Positions 41,172 to 51,934 of a stretch of 64,000 nt of DNA are shown here, in pieces. Under the pieces are notes generated by a model that made no database searches, was not told where the DNA came from, and saw only the letters and a program-made list of their open reading frames with translations. A program made the translations under genes and the position numbers. The stretch spans positions 1-64,000 of the forward strand of contig JBEIPA010000005.1 in the NCBI GenBank assembly GCA_040377305.1, given 5' to 3'. The stretch comes from Flavobacteriales bacterium (GTDB taxonomy: Bacteria > Bacteroidota > Bacteroidia > Palsa-965). Numbering within the stretch: the first letter of the stretch is position 1; each line of letters starts with the position of its first letter.

Positions 41172-41984
41172 CTATCCATCCTTTCCAGGATGCGGATCGC
41201 GCGGAGGTTTGATTCCGGTGGGGTCTTTCCTCCACAAAATCAAGTACAAAGCGTACAGAATTAGCAACACCACACCAACTCCAATGCCAACGACAATGCC
41301 ACCTCCACTGAGAATAATTCCGACCCAACCAAGAATTGCGGACGCACTTAGTGTCAAAGCAAAACCGAACGAGATCATCAACGATGCAGTGAAATAGATG
41401 TAGAGTAAAATCTGTAAACGATGAAAGTGCGCACTTAACCGATACTTATCTCCTTTTTCTCCGAGGGATCTTAACGTCACGTATTTTCTTCTCAACTGCA
41501 TTGCAAGTGCAAACAACAGGGCGGCTATCAGCGGAATTGCTATCAGAAACACATACGGATTGCTCGCGAGTGCACCAGTCAATTCCAAAACAATAAGGGA
41601 CAATGGAATCACAAACGCCGCGCCTACCATGGAAGAAATAGTAGGACTCATTCTATCGTGTCCTTCTGGTTTGGGGTCATCAGCACGTTCGACCGGGCGA
41701 CTCGTTGACTCCGATCGTGTTGCTGTCGACTCACCAACTGAAGGTGCAACATCCAAATTCTCATCTGCAACAACAAGTGCGGGGTGGCTAGCTTCTGTTG
41801 GCACAATTTCTGTCCCACCACTTGCCGAAGATTCACAGAATACCGTGTCACACGTTCCTTCACGTCCGGAATTAGAATGCCAATTCACATAAAATCCGGT
41901 GCGATAGTGACGCTTCTCAACAGCACATGAGGAGAGCAATATGACTAACGACAATACAAAGAAAAGGGTGCTGAAGAGTTTCAC
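41172..41984 (-). CDS. Hypothetical lipoprotein-like protein with low-complexity linker and C-terminal TM helices
   Basis: LSSC lipobox followed by KRHYRTGFYVNW; four hydrophobic helices. Confidence 0.65.
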   Translation of the reverse strand: MKLFSTLFFVLSLVILLSSCAVEKRHYRTGFYVNWHSNSGREGTCDTVFCESSASGGTEIVPTEASHPALVVADENLDVAPSVGESTATRSESTSRPVERADDPKPEGHDRMSPTISSMVGAAFVIPLSLIVLELTGALASNPYVFLIAIPLIAALLFALAMQLRRKYVTLRSLGEKGDKYRLSAHFHRLQILLYIYFTASLMISFGFALTLSASAILGWVGIILSGGGIVVGIGVGVVLLILYALYLILWRKDPTGIKPPRDPHPGKDG

Positions 41985-42184
41985 TAAACATGAAGATACA
42001 AATTAGAATATGCGCTTGTATTTCCTGACTTCAAAAGGTCCCCGCCAAAGGATTGCTTGCTGGCGACAGAAACATTAAGCTAATCCGTGAATTGCGCAAC
42101 ACCAGAACAACAAAGTGTAACTCAATATTTCCCCCAGTCTGCATCTTTACTATAATAATTACATCCTTTAAAACTCAATCCTGA

Positions 42185-42337
42185 ATGAACAATTTACTCT
42201 ACGCCATTGCAGTGATCCTTATCATTCTTTGGGCTATCGGTTACCTCGGATACAGTTCCGGCGGGCTTATTCACATCTTACTCGTTATCGCTGTGATCGC
42301 AATAATCTTACGCCTGATCAGAGGATCCCGTCCTTGA
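42185..42337 (+). CDS. lmo0937/DUF5670 family small membrane protein (50 aa, not in ORF track)
   Basis: Manual translation MNNLLYAIAVILIILWAIGYLGYSSGGLIHILLVIAVIAIILRLIRGSRP. Confidence 0.85.
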   Translation: MNNLLYAIAVILIILWAIGYLGYSSGGLIHILLVIAVIAIILRLIRGSRP

Positions 42338-42373
42338 AAATCTTAATTCATAAACTAATAAAATAATTAACCC

Positions 42374-42619
42374 ATGGAAAATTCAAACAACACTGGAAAA
42401 ATGATTGGTGCCTTGTTAATCGGTGTCGCAATTGGCGGCGCGCTCGGCATTTTGTTTGCTCCCGCGAAAGGAAGTGAAACACGCAAGAAACTTGCAGGTG
42501 CTGCAGGTGATTACACCGATGTACTTAAAGAGAAATTTGAAGAGTTCATCGCACAAGCGAAAAAGGAATACGAGACTCAGAAACATCAGGTAGAACAGAC
42601 CATTGAGGAAAACGCCTAG
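42374..42619 (+). CDS. YtxH domain protein
   Basis: [19 protein letters not shown] motif. Confidence 0.9.
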   Translation: MENSNNTGKMIGALLIGVAIGGALGILFAPAKGSETRKKLAGAAGDYTDVLKEKFEEFIAQAKKEYETQKHQVEQTIEENA

Positions 42620-42661
42620 GTCTGTCCTGTTACCATACTTTCATTATTAAACTTCTTCAGG

Positions 42662-43003
42662 ATGGAAAATATCACTGACCAGGTGGGCGCGCTTGTAGAT
42701 GAAACTAAAAAGTTTGCGCAGACCAGCGTTGAATTATATAAGCTGAAGGCTATTGACAAATCAGCCGACATTATTTCAACGCTTGCTGCGCGACTTGCAG
42801 TCATACTCTTCGCAATTCTGTTTATCCTGATGGTGAACATTGGTATCTCCCTGTGGGTAGGCGAAATGATGGGCAAAAATTATCTCGGCTTTTTGATTGT
42901 ATCGGGATTCTACGCAATAGGAGGCATTGTTTTCTATGCGATGCGGAACCGATGGATCAAATCATCCGTGCGTAATTCTATTATTGAACAGGCCTTAAGC
43001 TGA
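42662..43003 (+). CDS. YqjE/holin-superfamily-III-like membrane protein
   Basis: ELYKLK...two TM helices...GFLIVSGFY; context next to ytxH. Confidence 0.75.
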   Translation: MENITDQVGALVDETKKFAQTSVELYKLKAIDKSADIISTLAARLAVILFAILFILMVNIGISLWVGEMMGKNYLGFLIVSGFYAIGGIVFYAMRNRWIKSSVRNSIIEQALS

Positions 43004-43009
43004 TCTCCC

Positions 43010-43420
43010 ATGAACAAACCAGATCCCGTACAGCTTCTTAAAGAACTGATCGCAGCCAAAGAAGTCGAACACGCGGCTCAGGAGATCGTTGTAAGAAAAC
43101 AATTACTCCAGACGTACGAGAGTTTAAAACCTCTGAACCTGATCAAAAACACATTGCGCAACGTAGTTTCATCACCAGAGCTTCGAGGCAATCTCGGAAA
43201 TACAGCAATAGGATGGCTCTCCGGAGTTGCAGTGAAAAATCTGATTCAATTCGGCTCGAGTAATCCGTTGGTAAAAATATCAGCGACCATTATTCAAATG
43301 ATTGTTGCAGGCAAAGTCACCCAAAATGCCGAAGAAATAAAATCCATAGGCGCACTCGTTGTTAAGAAAATCCTTAACCACTTCAGCTCTCCCCGACCCC
43401 CAAACCAAGTGAATGACTAA
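43010..43420 (+). CDS. Hypothetical protein of the YtxH cluster
   Basis: ESLKPLNLIK motif; operon context. Confidence 0.7.
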   Translation: MNKPDPVQLLKELIAAKEVEHAAQEIVVRKQLLQTYESLKPLNLIKNTLRNVVSSPELRGNLGNTAIGWLSGVAVKNLIQFGSSNPLVKISATIIQMIVAGKVTQNAEEIKSIGALVVKKILNHFSSPRPPNQVND

Positions 43421-44612
43421 CCGTATACTCCTACTACCGCGCTACGCGAAATTTTCCCTGATCATGCTGGCGATCTGCCTGCTTATCCTGTTGCTCTACG
43501 TTGCACAGCATATTCTGATTCCTGTTCTTCTCTCGCTCATCTTCGCGATTCTTCTTAGACCTGTAGTCAATTTTCTCAATCGTCGGCTCCGTTTCCCGAA
43601 TGTAATCGCCGTGCTGGTAGCAGTGGTCGTTTTTATAGCGTTCATCGGTGCCGTTGTCTTTTTCATTTCATGGCAAATCAGTGATATCGCAAGTGACTGG
43701 ACAAAAATTCAGCACAACCTCACGGTACATTTCGAAAACGTACAATTGTGGATCAAGCAAAAGATGGGCATGAGCTACAATACGCAGCAAGGCTACATCG
43801 ATACAGTTACAGGCGATAACATGACCGGCAACAGCGAGTTAATGGGTAACACGCTGAATTCATTCACCGATACGGTGGTGAACATCATGCTCATTCCCAT
43901 TTACACATTCCTTATGCTATTGTATCGCAACTTGTTTGTAAAGTTCCTTACAAAAATCGTGAAGCGTGAAAAGCAACATGTTCTGGTCGACGTTCTCGGG
44001 GAGGTAAAGATTGTCATCCAAAGTTACGTTGTAGGCCTGCTGATCGAAACCGGCATAGTTGCAGTACTTACCACAGGCGGACTAATGCTCCTCGGAGTGC
44101 AATACGCAATATTACTCGGTGTGTTAACTGCTGTTCTGAATCTCATTCCATACATCGGAATCATGGTTGCTGCGGTAATTACGATTCTCGCCACGCTAGT
44201 GAACACCACAGATTTCTCACTCGTACTCGGTGTGATCGGGCTTAGCATTCTTGTTCAGTTTATTGACAACAACATACTCGTACCCCGCATCATCGGTAAC
44301 AAAGTTCGTATCAATGCACTGGTTTCAATGATCGGCGTTATAATCGGTGGAAGCATTGCTGGCGTTGCCGGAATGTTCCTTGCAATTCCATTGATCGCAA
44401 TCATCAAAGTAATTTTTGATCGTATCGAACCACTTGCACCACTCGGTTACCTCATGGGCGACGATTTAGCGAAAACCTACACGTGGGGTAAAATCAAACT
44501 GCCCGACTTCAATCAGGGCAGCAACAACGAAGTCTGGCCAACGCAAGAGAGAGAGCCTTTAGCTGATGAAAAAACGAAAGATGAACTGCGGCATGAGCCA
44601 CCTGTAAAATAG
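43413..44612 (+). CDS. AI-2E family transporter
   Basis: NLIPYIG, QFIDNNILVPRIIG, GMFLAIP. Confidence 0.92.
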   Translation: MTNRILLLPRYAKFSLIMLAICLLILLLYVAQHILIPVLLSLIFAILLRPVVNFLNRRLRFPNVIAVLVAVVVFIAFIGAVVFFISWQISDIASDWTKIQHNLTVHFENVQLWIKQKMGMSYNTQQGYIDTVTGDNMTGNSELMGNTLNSFTDTVVNIMLIPIYTFLMLLYRNLFVKFLTKIVKREKQHVLVDVLGEVKIVIQSYVVGLLIETGIVAVLTTGGLMLLGVQYAILLGVLTAVLNLIPYIGIMVAAVITILATLVNTTDFSLVLGVIGLSILVQFIDNNILVPRIIGNKVRINALVSMIGVIIGGSIAGVAGMFLAIPLIAIIKVIFDRIEPLAPLGYLMGDDLAKTYTWGKIKLPDFNQGSNNEVWPTQEREPLADEKTKDELRHEPPVK

Positions 44613-44664
44613 AAAATGCAGAAAGTTTGGTACGTGGTATAAGGTCGCTTTTGTATCTTAGAAC

Positions 44665-46473
44665 ATGATTCGTCTTTCGCTGCTTCTCACATTCCTTCTG
44701 ATTTCCTCCCCATCATTTTCGCAAAACGGTCTAATCGCACCGAAGGGAAAGCAGTTTGTGTACCGTGGAGAAAGTGGCATGTTTCGAACGAAATATGAAT
44801 CAATTCGGAATTTCTCAGAAGGACGTGCAGCCGTAAAACAAAACGGCAAATGGGGATTCATTGATGAGAAGGGAATTCTCATCACACCATGCAGATACGA
44901 TAGCGTGCTTGATTTTCATGTTGGAATGGCTCGGGTTGCATTGGGTGGTCAAGCTCTAAAGTGGGGATTAATTAATGCGAAAGGTCAAGGTAAATGCGAA
45001 CTACACTACGACTCTATTGTGTATCTCGACAGTTTTGCACTCGCCTATCGCAAAAGTACAGCGAATCCAACACGTGTGATCTGCCACGTTTACCATTGCA
45101 CTGCCTACATCAGCGACCGACACGAAGCACTATCCTTTGAGAGGATCGGTGAAAATTACATGCTAAATCTTGCTACTCCTGCATCTGGAAAGTGTAAATA
45201 CTTCAAGTTGATTTTGGATCATAGCGGTCGTGAAGTCACTCCTGAAATCGGCGTTCGTGATTCAGTACTTCATTTTCCCTGCCCTGTGTGGAAATGTAGT
45301 TGGGGAGATGGCGCAATTTTGAAGGAAGATCTTTCGACATCCAAATGGTATTCCGGCTTTCACGAATATGACGACGGATTCTATTCCTTCTCAGAAAATG
45401 GAAAAAACGGAGTCGTAAACAGAAATGGGAAAGAAATAATCGCTGCGGAGCACAAGTTTATTTCCAAGGTTGGACCCGCCTTTATTTCTAGCACAGAAAA
45501 AAAATACACGCTTTGGGATACAACTGGAAGACGTCTTACTCCTGAATGCTACATTGTTCAGCACCTCGGGCAAGGTGTTTACAGATGTAAGGTAGATTCA
45601 GTTGCGCCTTATCAATTGTTTAAGGCAAACGGGGAACTGATTCCAGGTAAATTCTCAGAAGCCCATTTTTTTCACAGCAGCGTTGCACGGGTCGTCAGTG
45701 AAGATCAAACACAGTTTGGTTACATAGATAGCACGGGAAGAATGATCGGCGGATGGTATCCACGCAGAGTAAATTACTATAGCAACACGGCACAAATTGG
45801 CAACACAACAATTCACTATGTGCGTGCCTTGACTTATCAAAGCATCAATGAGAAAGGCGAGATCGTAACGGATTCGATTGTAAAGCGGGAATTGAAACCA
45901 TACAATTCATCTTTTACCGGATTGGATTTCGAAAACGGCTATGGAATATATACCGTTGCGCAAAAGCGTCCATCGCCCAACCCCCATGGAGAAGAACCTG
46001 CGTTGCTGGGAGTCATTGATTCCACCGGAAAAATTGTTGCAAAAGCACTTTACTATAGCATTACGATTGAAGATACTTTCATCGTGGTATTCTCGACCGA
46101 TGCAAAACGCGGTTTACGATGTCCCTGCGGGGTGCAGCTGTTACCTGCGGTATATGATGGATTCATCGATTACATCGGAAACGGGTTCTTTAAAGTACAA
46201 CGCGAGGATTTCGGAGACTACGCGATTTACAACGCAAGAGAACGGAAGTTCGTCACGAAATTTATTTACGACGATGTTGACCTTGGAGGTGATTCGATGT
46301 CTATCGTGACGTACAAATCCTTGAAAGGTTACGTAAACTATAATGGCACCCAGATCGCACCGATGAATTTCAGGTCAGCTGGAGAGTTTAAAGACGGTCG
46401 TGCGAAAGTAAACCCTGGCTATCTCCCAAAAGAAGAATTCTACATCGATAGCAAAGGAAAACGGATTGAGTAG
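44665..46473 (+). CDS. Secreted WG (KWG) repeat protein
   Basis: FSEGRAAVKQNGKWGFIDEKG and related repeats; signal peptide. Confidence 0.85.
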   Translation: MIRLSLLLTFLLISSPSFSQNGLIAPKGKQFVYRGESGMFRTKYESIRNFSEGRAAVKQNGKWGFIDEKGILITPCRYDSVLDFHVGMARVALGGQALKWGLINAKGQGKCELHYDSIVYLDSFALAYRKSTANPTRVICHVYHCTAYISDRHEALSFERIGENYMLNLATPASGKCKYFKLILDHSGREVTPEIGVRDSVLHFPCPVWKCSWGDGAILKEDLSTSKWYSGFHEYDDGFYSFSENGKNGVVNRNGKEIIAAEHKFISKVGPAFISSTEKKYTLWDTTGRRLTPECYIVQHLGQGVYRCKVDSVAPYQLFKANGELIPGKFSEAHFFHSSVARVVSEDQTQFGYIDSTGRMIGGWYPRRVNYYSNTAQIGNTTIHYVRALTYQSINEKGEIVTDSIVKRELKPYNSSFTGLDFENGYGIYTVAQKRPSPNPHGEEPALLGVIDSTGKIVAKALYYSITIEDTFIVVFSTDAKRGLRCPCGVQLLPAVYDGFIDYIGNGFFKVQREDFGDYAIYNARERKFVTKFIYDDVDLGGDSMSIVTYKSLKGYVNYNGTQIAPMNFRSAGEFKDGRAKVNPGYLPKEEFYIDSKGKRIE

Positions 46474-46488
46474 TACCCAATCCGGTTA

Positions 46489-47535
46489 TCAGAAATAATT
46501 TCCGACTGCAAACTCAAACTGCTCACCGAAAATGCGCTTGAACGGTGTGGCAATGTTTTGCTCGTAAAAAATAAGCATCGCCTTTTTGTATTCGAGCGGA
46601 TCAACCGTTCGGAATGAAAGCGGACAATATTTGTGATGAATAAGTACCGCGTTACTCACGATGCGTGCAGTGCGTTTGTTTCCGTCTTCGAAAGGCTGAA
46701 TGTACGAGAGCATCATCAGGGTAAGCAAAGCCGCCGAGAATACATTCGACTGACGATTCACAAGCTCGCACATTTTCTCCATCGCCTCACGAATCTGAAA
46801 CTCGTTGTCAATCGGACGGTAATTTGTTCCGGAAATTCCTACAGTACGCTTACGAACGTTTCGTGAAATTCCCAGGTCATCCACAAGCTTCATGTGAATG
46901 TCTTCAATTGCACGTACAGTCAACGGCCAAACGTAACTCTGATTTTCAAAAATAAAATCGAGTGCACGTTTATGATTGAGAAGCATTACCGCGTCGTCTT
47001 TCGTTTTTCCTGCAGCCGTGAGACTATGCTTCAGCAACTGTTCCGTTTCGAGCAGTGAATAGGTGTTGCCTTCAATCTGCGACGACTTCCAACTCAGATC
47101 AATTGCGAGCCGTTCCATTTCTGCGCGATAGCTCTCCTTCGACTGCTTCGAAACTTTCAGCTCGAATTCCTCCTGCCATGCATTGAGCACATCAAGCTCT
47201 TTGGCGTTGAACAATGGAGTTGTGTTCAGCTCATACCAAATGTCGAAGTTGAAACGCGAAATGATCTTGCGATCGTCCTGCTCTTTGCTGAAATATTCTT
47301 CTACGTCTACCGCACTGCGCAATTTGTTGGTGCGAACAATCGAGTAACGTGTGCTTCTCGCCGCACCGGTGACCACAATTTTTTTCTCTTCCACCAGATC
47401 TTTCAATGCGCGTTTCAAAGTCGCAAGACTCATCTGCTGACGAAAGTGTGCGTGAATTTCAGCCGAAGAAATTTCGGTGTGCTCGCTAATAAACTGGAGC
47501 AGAACTCCCATAAAGCCGTCATTGAGCTTTCCCAT
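46489..47535 (-). CDS. Fic family protein with N-terminal HTH
   Basis: SSQIEGN; QPFEDGNKRTAR (Q in place of the canonical His); N-terminal wHTH-like segment; start approximate. Confidence 0.9.
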   Translation of the reverse strand: MGKLNDGFMGVLLQFISEHTEISSAEIHAHFRQQMSLATLKRALKDLVEEKKIVVTGAARSTRYSIVRTNKLRSAVDVEEYFSKEQDDRKIISRFNFDIWYELNTTPLFNAKELDVLNAWQEEFELKVSKQSKESYRAEMERLAIDLSWKSSQIEGNTYSLLETEQLLKHSLTAAGKTKDDAVMLLNHKRALDFIFENQSYVWPLTVRAIEDIHMKLVDDLGISRNVRKRTVGISGTNYRPIDNEFQIREAMEKMCELVNRQSNVFSAALLTLMMLSYIQPFEDGNKRTARIVSNAVLIHHKYCPLSFRTVDPLEYKKAMLIFYEQNIATPFKRIFGEQFEFAVGNYF

Positions 47536-47544
47536 GAAGAGCAA

Positions 47545-47683
47545 TTTATCGGCTCAAATATAATCATTTATCGGCTCATATTATATTCTACTGAGCTGAT
47601 ATATAACTACTAATGAGCCATTTTTAATCATAAAGGCTCATTTTCCTTAAATATCGGCTCAAATTGGAAGAATCGGCTCAAAT
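47545..47683. promoter_or_regulatory. Array of seven (ATC)GGCTCA boxes upstream of fic
   Basis: Five direct and two inverted copies; like-oriented neighbours 19-22 bp apart. Confidence 0.7.
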
Positions 47684-47830
47684 CAGTGGTGCATTCCACT
47701 CGGATACAAATATGGCCCCAATAACACAGAAGTGATCGTGTCCGCAGCCCCTTGTGATTCGTAAAAACGCATTCACACAAATAGCTTGGCAAAATTGTAT
47801 CATTGCCGCCGCAATACGTTATCCGTGCAC

Positions 47831-48856
47831 ATGCGTCTCCTGCTCATCCTAATTCTTCTCACAAACACGCTCTGCGCTCAGCACATACTACGCGATGACT
47901 ATTCCGTTAACGATCCGTGTCCCGACCCGAAGAAGAATAAAATTGAGTCGCGAAAAATCTATACGAACACTATTGATCCGGAAGGCAAACAGTTGAAATA
48001 CGCCGACACGGTTTATGAGCGATACGATCGCAATGGAAATCTCCTGGTTGAGAAATATTTTGATGAACGACATCCTAAAGACGGCTACAGTGTAACACAC
48101 GAATACGCATACGACGAGAAAGGAAGAATAATTACGGCGCGCAGCTCGGTCAATGAAAACAACTGGCGTGTCACCTACACGTATAGTGAAACGGGAGATT
48201 CCGTTGTGGTTCATGCTATGCGCTCCGACAGTTCGAGTCTCCCGGTATTTCGATTGGTGCGTTATTCGCAAACAGACACGACTGAATATGGTTTGGCTCA
48301 GGACGGTGATACGATTCACTATTTGTATCATTCGAAATTTAAGTACATCTCCATCTGGTGGAAGCGTGATGAAGCACATCAGAAAGTGATGATCGATAGT
48401 ACAGTTGAAATTCGATCGCCGAAAAAGATTTTCTCCACTTCGCGTTATCTTGATCGCCACGGGGAATATGCTACTTCAGAAGACGTGTATCTTCTCGACA
48501 AGAAAGGCCGCGTTACCGTAGAGCTTGGATATCTCAACAACCATGTGCTGCGCGATTCGGTACACTACACGTACAACAAAAAAGGAGAGTGTATTCTCAC
48601 TACTGCTGTCATCTTTCCGATGCGAGAACAAACAAACGACACTACGATTTCCCGTTGGCAAACAAAATATCTGCACGACAAAAGCGGCAAACTCGTGCAG
48701 ACACATGAAACAAATTCAGCGCGACCGAATTTACGTTTCGTAAGCAGTTACATCTACAACGAGCGCGGACTACTCACCGAAATTCACCGAGTTGATCTCG
48801 ACAACGGACACATTGTTGATGAGTCGCGGGAACATTGGGTGTACACGTATTACTGA
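47831..48856 (+). CDS. Secreted YD/RHS-like repeat protein, paralog 1
   Basis: Signal peptide; YDRNGNLL, YAYDEKGRII, YNERGLLT repeats; CPDP motif. Confidence 0.75.
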   Translation: MRLLLILILLTNTLCAQHILRDDYSVNDPCPDPKKNKIESRKIYTNTIDPEGKQLKYADTVYERYDRNGNLLVEKYFDERHPKDGYSVTHEYAYDEKGRIITARSSVNENNWRVTYTYSETGDSVVVHAMRSDSSSLPVFRLVRYSQTDTTEYGLAQDGDTIHYLYHSKFKYISIWWKRDEAHQKVMIDSTVEIRSPKKIFSTSRYLDRHGEYATSEDVYLLDKKGRVTVELGYLNNHVLRDSVHYTYNKKGECILTTAVIFPMREQTNDTTISRWQTKYLHDKSGKLVQTHETNSARPNLRFVSSYIYNERGLLTEIHRVDLDNGHIVDESREHWVYTYY

Positions 48857-48987
48857 TTGATCAATCTGCAATCTTTAAGCCGGCATGCTTCCATTCATCA
48901 CCTATTTTCGAAAATTATGCTGGTCACCGCATGGCAGGTTAGCCAATTGCTTGATTTCCTGAAATCGAAAATTGTCTAACTTTCAGA

Positions 48988-49344
48988 ATGATCTACTCGT
49001 TTCCCGCAGGCGATTCATACACCAGCCTCACCGATTTCAATCAACCACGCGCACTATGCCCATACTGTAAACACCAAACAGTGATGGTGTCTGTATTTCA
49101 GAAATACAATCACATCAGTTGGTTTCCGATGTACACGAAGGGACGCACGTATGAAGTGGTGTGCACGAATTGCCGTGGCTTCGATAACGCCGATCAGAGC
49201 ACGCTACCGCCGGATATAAATCAGCACGCAATTATCCAGTGCAGGCTTGCCGATAAACGCGCTCGACTACTCCCGTCGCTCGCAGCAATATTCTGGATAA
49301 GTCTCGGCGTATTCGCATTGTCACTTGTAAAGATGTTCTCATGA
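48988..49344 (+). CDS. Zinc-ribbon protein with C-terminal TM
   Basis: CPYC...WFP...CTNC. Confidence 0.72.
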   Translation: MIYSFPAGDSYTSLTDFNQPRALCPYCKHQTVMVSVFQKYNHISWFPMYTKGRTYEVVCTNCRGFDNADQSTLPPDINQHAIIQCRLADKRARLLPSLAAIFWISLGVFALSLVKMFS

Positions 49345-49829
49345 AATTTCAATTCACGCTGCACGGAAACCTCGATCCGCTTCATCGATTTCTGCAGAAT
49401 AACATTAGCGGTCCACACCACGGTATTCACCGGATAGAAGCGCCTTATACAGGCAATCTCTATAACGGAGGATTTAAGTGTACCCCTACTGAATCCACAT
49501 CGTCCGTAACTCCACGCATTGTTGGAGAAATTTACTCTGCAGGCAAGCAGCATACCGTAACCGTTCGTTTACGCCGAATGTTTCTCTACCATTTCATGCT
49601 CGCGTTTGTTGCTATTGTTCCGCTGAGCACTTTTGCGTTAACGACTGCACTAATCTCCATGGACATTGAAGACGGACGCGGTTTTCACTGGTCCAGTTTG
49701 TACATGCCGATACCCATGATGCTCATTGCCACATTGCCGTTCCTGTGGATGTGGATCAACGCTACTTGCAATGCGAAAAAAGAAATGCGCATCTTTTGTG
49801 AGCAGTTGATTCGCGGATCGCGGGCGTAG
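49341..49829 (+). CDS. Hypothetical two-TM membrane protein
   Basis: ATGA overlap with the previous gene; two hydrophobic helices. Confidence 0.62.
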   Translation: MKFQFTLHGNLDPLHRFLQNNISGPHHGIHRIEAPYTGNLYNGGFKCTPTESTSSVTPRIVGEIYSAGKQHTVTVRLRRMFLYHFMLAFVAIVPLSTFALTTALISMDIEDGRGFHWSSLYMPIPMMLIATLPFLWMWINATCNAKKEMRIFCEQLIRGSRA

Positions 49830-49921
49830 AACTGTGGAGCTATTTACAAACGAAACGCGTACTATTTGTTTGGTACTTGTGGCGATGGAGAGTTGGGAGA
49901 TACGGTAACTGCAAGAATCCG

Positions 49922-50332
49922 CTATGCAGCCCGTTTCTTTTTCTTCAACCCAGTCAAGGGGTATGGACGGTTAAAAGTCTCCTGCTGAACACGGAACTTC
50001 TCCGCGAGTTTGCGCACCATCTCCTTCGAAAATTCTCTTTTGTAGTTAAGAATTTGTGAAATGTATCCTTTTGTTACCCCCAGCTGGTTTGCAAGATCAA
50101 CAGCTTTTAAATTGTGATCCTTCATGAGGAGTATCAACATTTCGACAGGATTCAGTGTAGGAATTGAATAATGCACTCTATCATAAGTTTCGATCAATAG
50201 CACGAGCAAGTCAATTTCATCGAGTATTGCCTTCGTCTTTCTTCCTTTGGAGAAATCCAGATTGTACAAAATGCTGCAGTACTCGTTATACTGCTTAAGT
50301 GTTTTAATAACAGTGTATTTCATTGTTTCCAT
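49922..50332 (-). CDS. higA: HigA-like HTH antitoxin
   Basis: LLIETYD...PVEML...DLANQLGVTKGYISQILNYKR; ATG at 50332. Confidence 0.9.
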   Translation of the reverse strand: METMKYTVIKTLKQYNEYCSILYNLDFSKGRKTKAILDEIDLLVLLIETYDRVHYSIPTLNPVEMLILLMKDHNLKAVDLANQLGVTKGYISQILNYKREFSKEMVRKLAEKFRVQQETFNRPYPLTGLKKKKRAA

Positions 50333-50336
50333 CTCG

Positions 50337-50669
50337 TCAGAACTGTGTAATTGTGTATTGCTTATTCTCCTTACAGAGCTTGCTGTAATCACTATGAGTC
50401 CCTATCCAGCATACATACAACCTAACTCGGCGTAACATAAATGCATAACAACAAATCATTCGATACTTATTTCCACCTATATCGAAAACTACCCGCCTCG
50501 TGCCCCTTCCCAACAAATCTGCCGATGGAAACGTTTCGAGAATATTCTCTGGCGTTTTCCAATCTGCACTTCTCACAGTTCGAATCCATGCTTCAATGGG
50601 TTTCAACGCTTGCTGTCTCGAAAGAGAAAACACTTTCAAATTTGCTACACTGATAATCTCGATCTTCAT
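50337..50669 (-). CDS. higB: HigB-like mRNA interferase toxin
   Basis: FPSAD, RVVFDIGGNKYR, WIGTHSDY; toxin-first order. Confidence 0.9.
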   Translation of the reverse strand: MKIEIISVANLKVFSLSRQQALKPIEAWIRTVRSADWKTPENILETFPSADLLGRGTRRVVFDIGGNKYRMICCYAFMLRRVRLYVCWIGTHSDYSKLCKENKQYTITQF

Positions 50670-50692
50670 ACAAATATAGTTTAAATCATGAT

Positions 50693-50709
50693 GTTTACAT
50701 TTTGTAAAC
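50693..50709. promoter_or_regulatory. Palindromic operator upstream of higBA
   Basis: GTTTACA-TTT-TGTAAAC; related GTTTACCA-A-TGGTATAC at 58922-58938 before the second copy. Confidence 0.55.
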
Positions 50710-50834
50710 TCTAAAAATATTGCCAAATCCAGAGTCTGACAATGTAAACCGTGAGTTTCACACTAGTCGGGAGCAAATGTTTGAAAACGGATAAAATCCT
50801 CCTCCTTGGGCTTTTTCCGTAATTTTCGGGTACA

Positions 50835-51881
50835 ATGACTCGCTGGTTCATATTCCTTCTCATTTTTCTGGCCAGCACTTCAGATGCCCAGGAATCACTT
50901 TTGCATCCCCACTATTTTTTAGACACTTGTCCCGATCCGCTCACCAATCACATCGCATCACGCAAATATTTCAAGATCGAAACAGACACAAACGATCGCT
51001 GGACTATAAACGATACAGTGATTGAATACTACGATATCGAAGGGAAACTCACTTCAGCAATTTGTCAGAACGCACGATACACGCAAGACCGTGGATTCAA
51101 GAGCTGGTGCAACTTCACCTATGATCAAAAAGGACGAATTGTTTGCGATAGTTTTTCGGAGTCAGGAAAGCTTGCCGTTACTACTTATGAATATCACGGC
51201 AACCAGGCAATAATCCACAATCCACCTTCTAAGTGGTCCGATATTCTGCCCACGGTGTACATCAACTACGACGACAACTACAATCGCATTTCTCAATATC
51301 GCGTAAACGAGTATGGCGACACGGTCAACTTCTGGGAAGTGAATGGCAATACAACAACTGATCGTTGGATGTCGCGTGAAGATGATGGAACATACACAAT
51401 AAGCAGCACCACCAGTGAAGTGATTGCGCCCCGACAAAAATGGGAGTTCGTGACTATCTATCATCAGGAAGAAGACGACACTTCACACACGGCGTATTTG
51501 TATTCTTATAACTCCACAGGACAACTCATTGAAAATATCTACGTTGGAGAAGAAGAACGACGCGACACCAGTTATTACTACTACACGAACAATCGGCTTA
51601 CGTTTTATGAAAGAAAAGTTTGGGTTCGCGAAGATTGGAAGTTTGTGCAATGGGAGACGTATCAATACAATGATCGTGGTCAGCTCATAGAAAAACGGGA
51701 GTTCGGCGATGGCTCTGAGAATTATCCCACGGTAACCTCATACCGCTACAATGAACGTGGATTGATTGCAGCTATTGACGTGTGGCACCAATATCCTGAC
51801 GATCGGCCCAATTACTATGTGCGAAAAGAGAGATTTGAGTACACGTATTACGCACAAACGGATTCGGAGAAGAAGCAATGA
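50835..51881 (+). CDS. Secreted YD/RHS-like repeat protein, paralog 2
   Basis: Signal peptide; DTCPDP; YDQKGRIV, YNDRGQLI, YNERGLI repeats. Confidence 0.75.
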   Translation: MTRWFIFLLIFLASTSDAQESLLHPHYFLDTCPDPLTNHIASRKYFKIETDTNDRWTINDTVIEYYDIEGKLTSAICQNARYTQDRGFKSWCNFTYDQKGRIVCDSFSESGKLAVTTYEYHGNQAIIHNPPSKWSDILPTVYINYDDNYNRISQYRVNEYGDTVNFWEVNGNTTTDRWMSREDDGTYTISSTTSEVIAPRQKWEFVTIYHQEEDDTSHTAYLYSYNSTGQLIENIYVGEEERRDTSYYYYTNNRLTFYERKVWVREDWKFVQWETYQYNDRGQLIEKREFGDGSENYPTVTSYRYNERGLIAAIDVWHQYPDDRPNYYVRKERFEYTYYAQTDSEKKQ

Positions 51882-51934
51882 TCTACAGGTGTTGGGGATG
51901 ATTTATTTATCTTCGTCCTATTCAAATTTCTACA

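Noticed and set aside
42185-44612. Prophage (holin-like gene)
   Set aside because: Context is the common lmo0937-YtxH-YqjE-AI-2E membrane cluster with no phage genes
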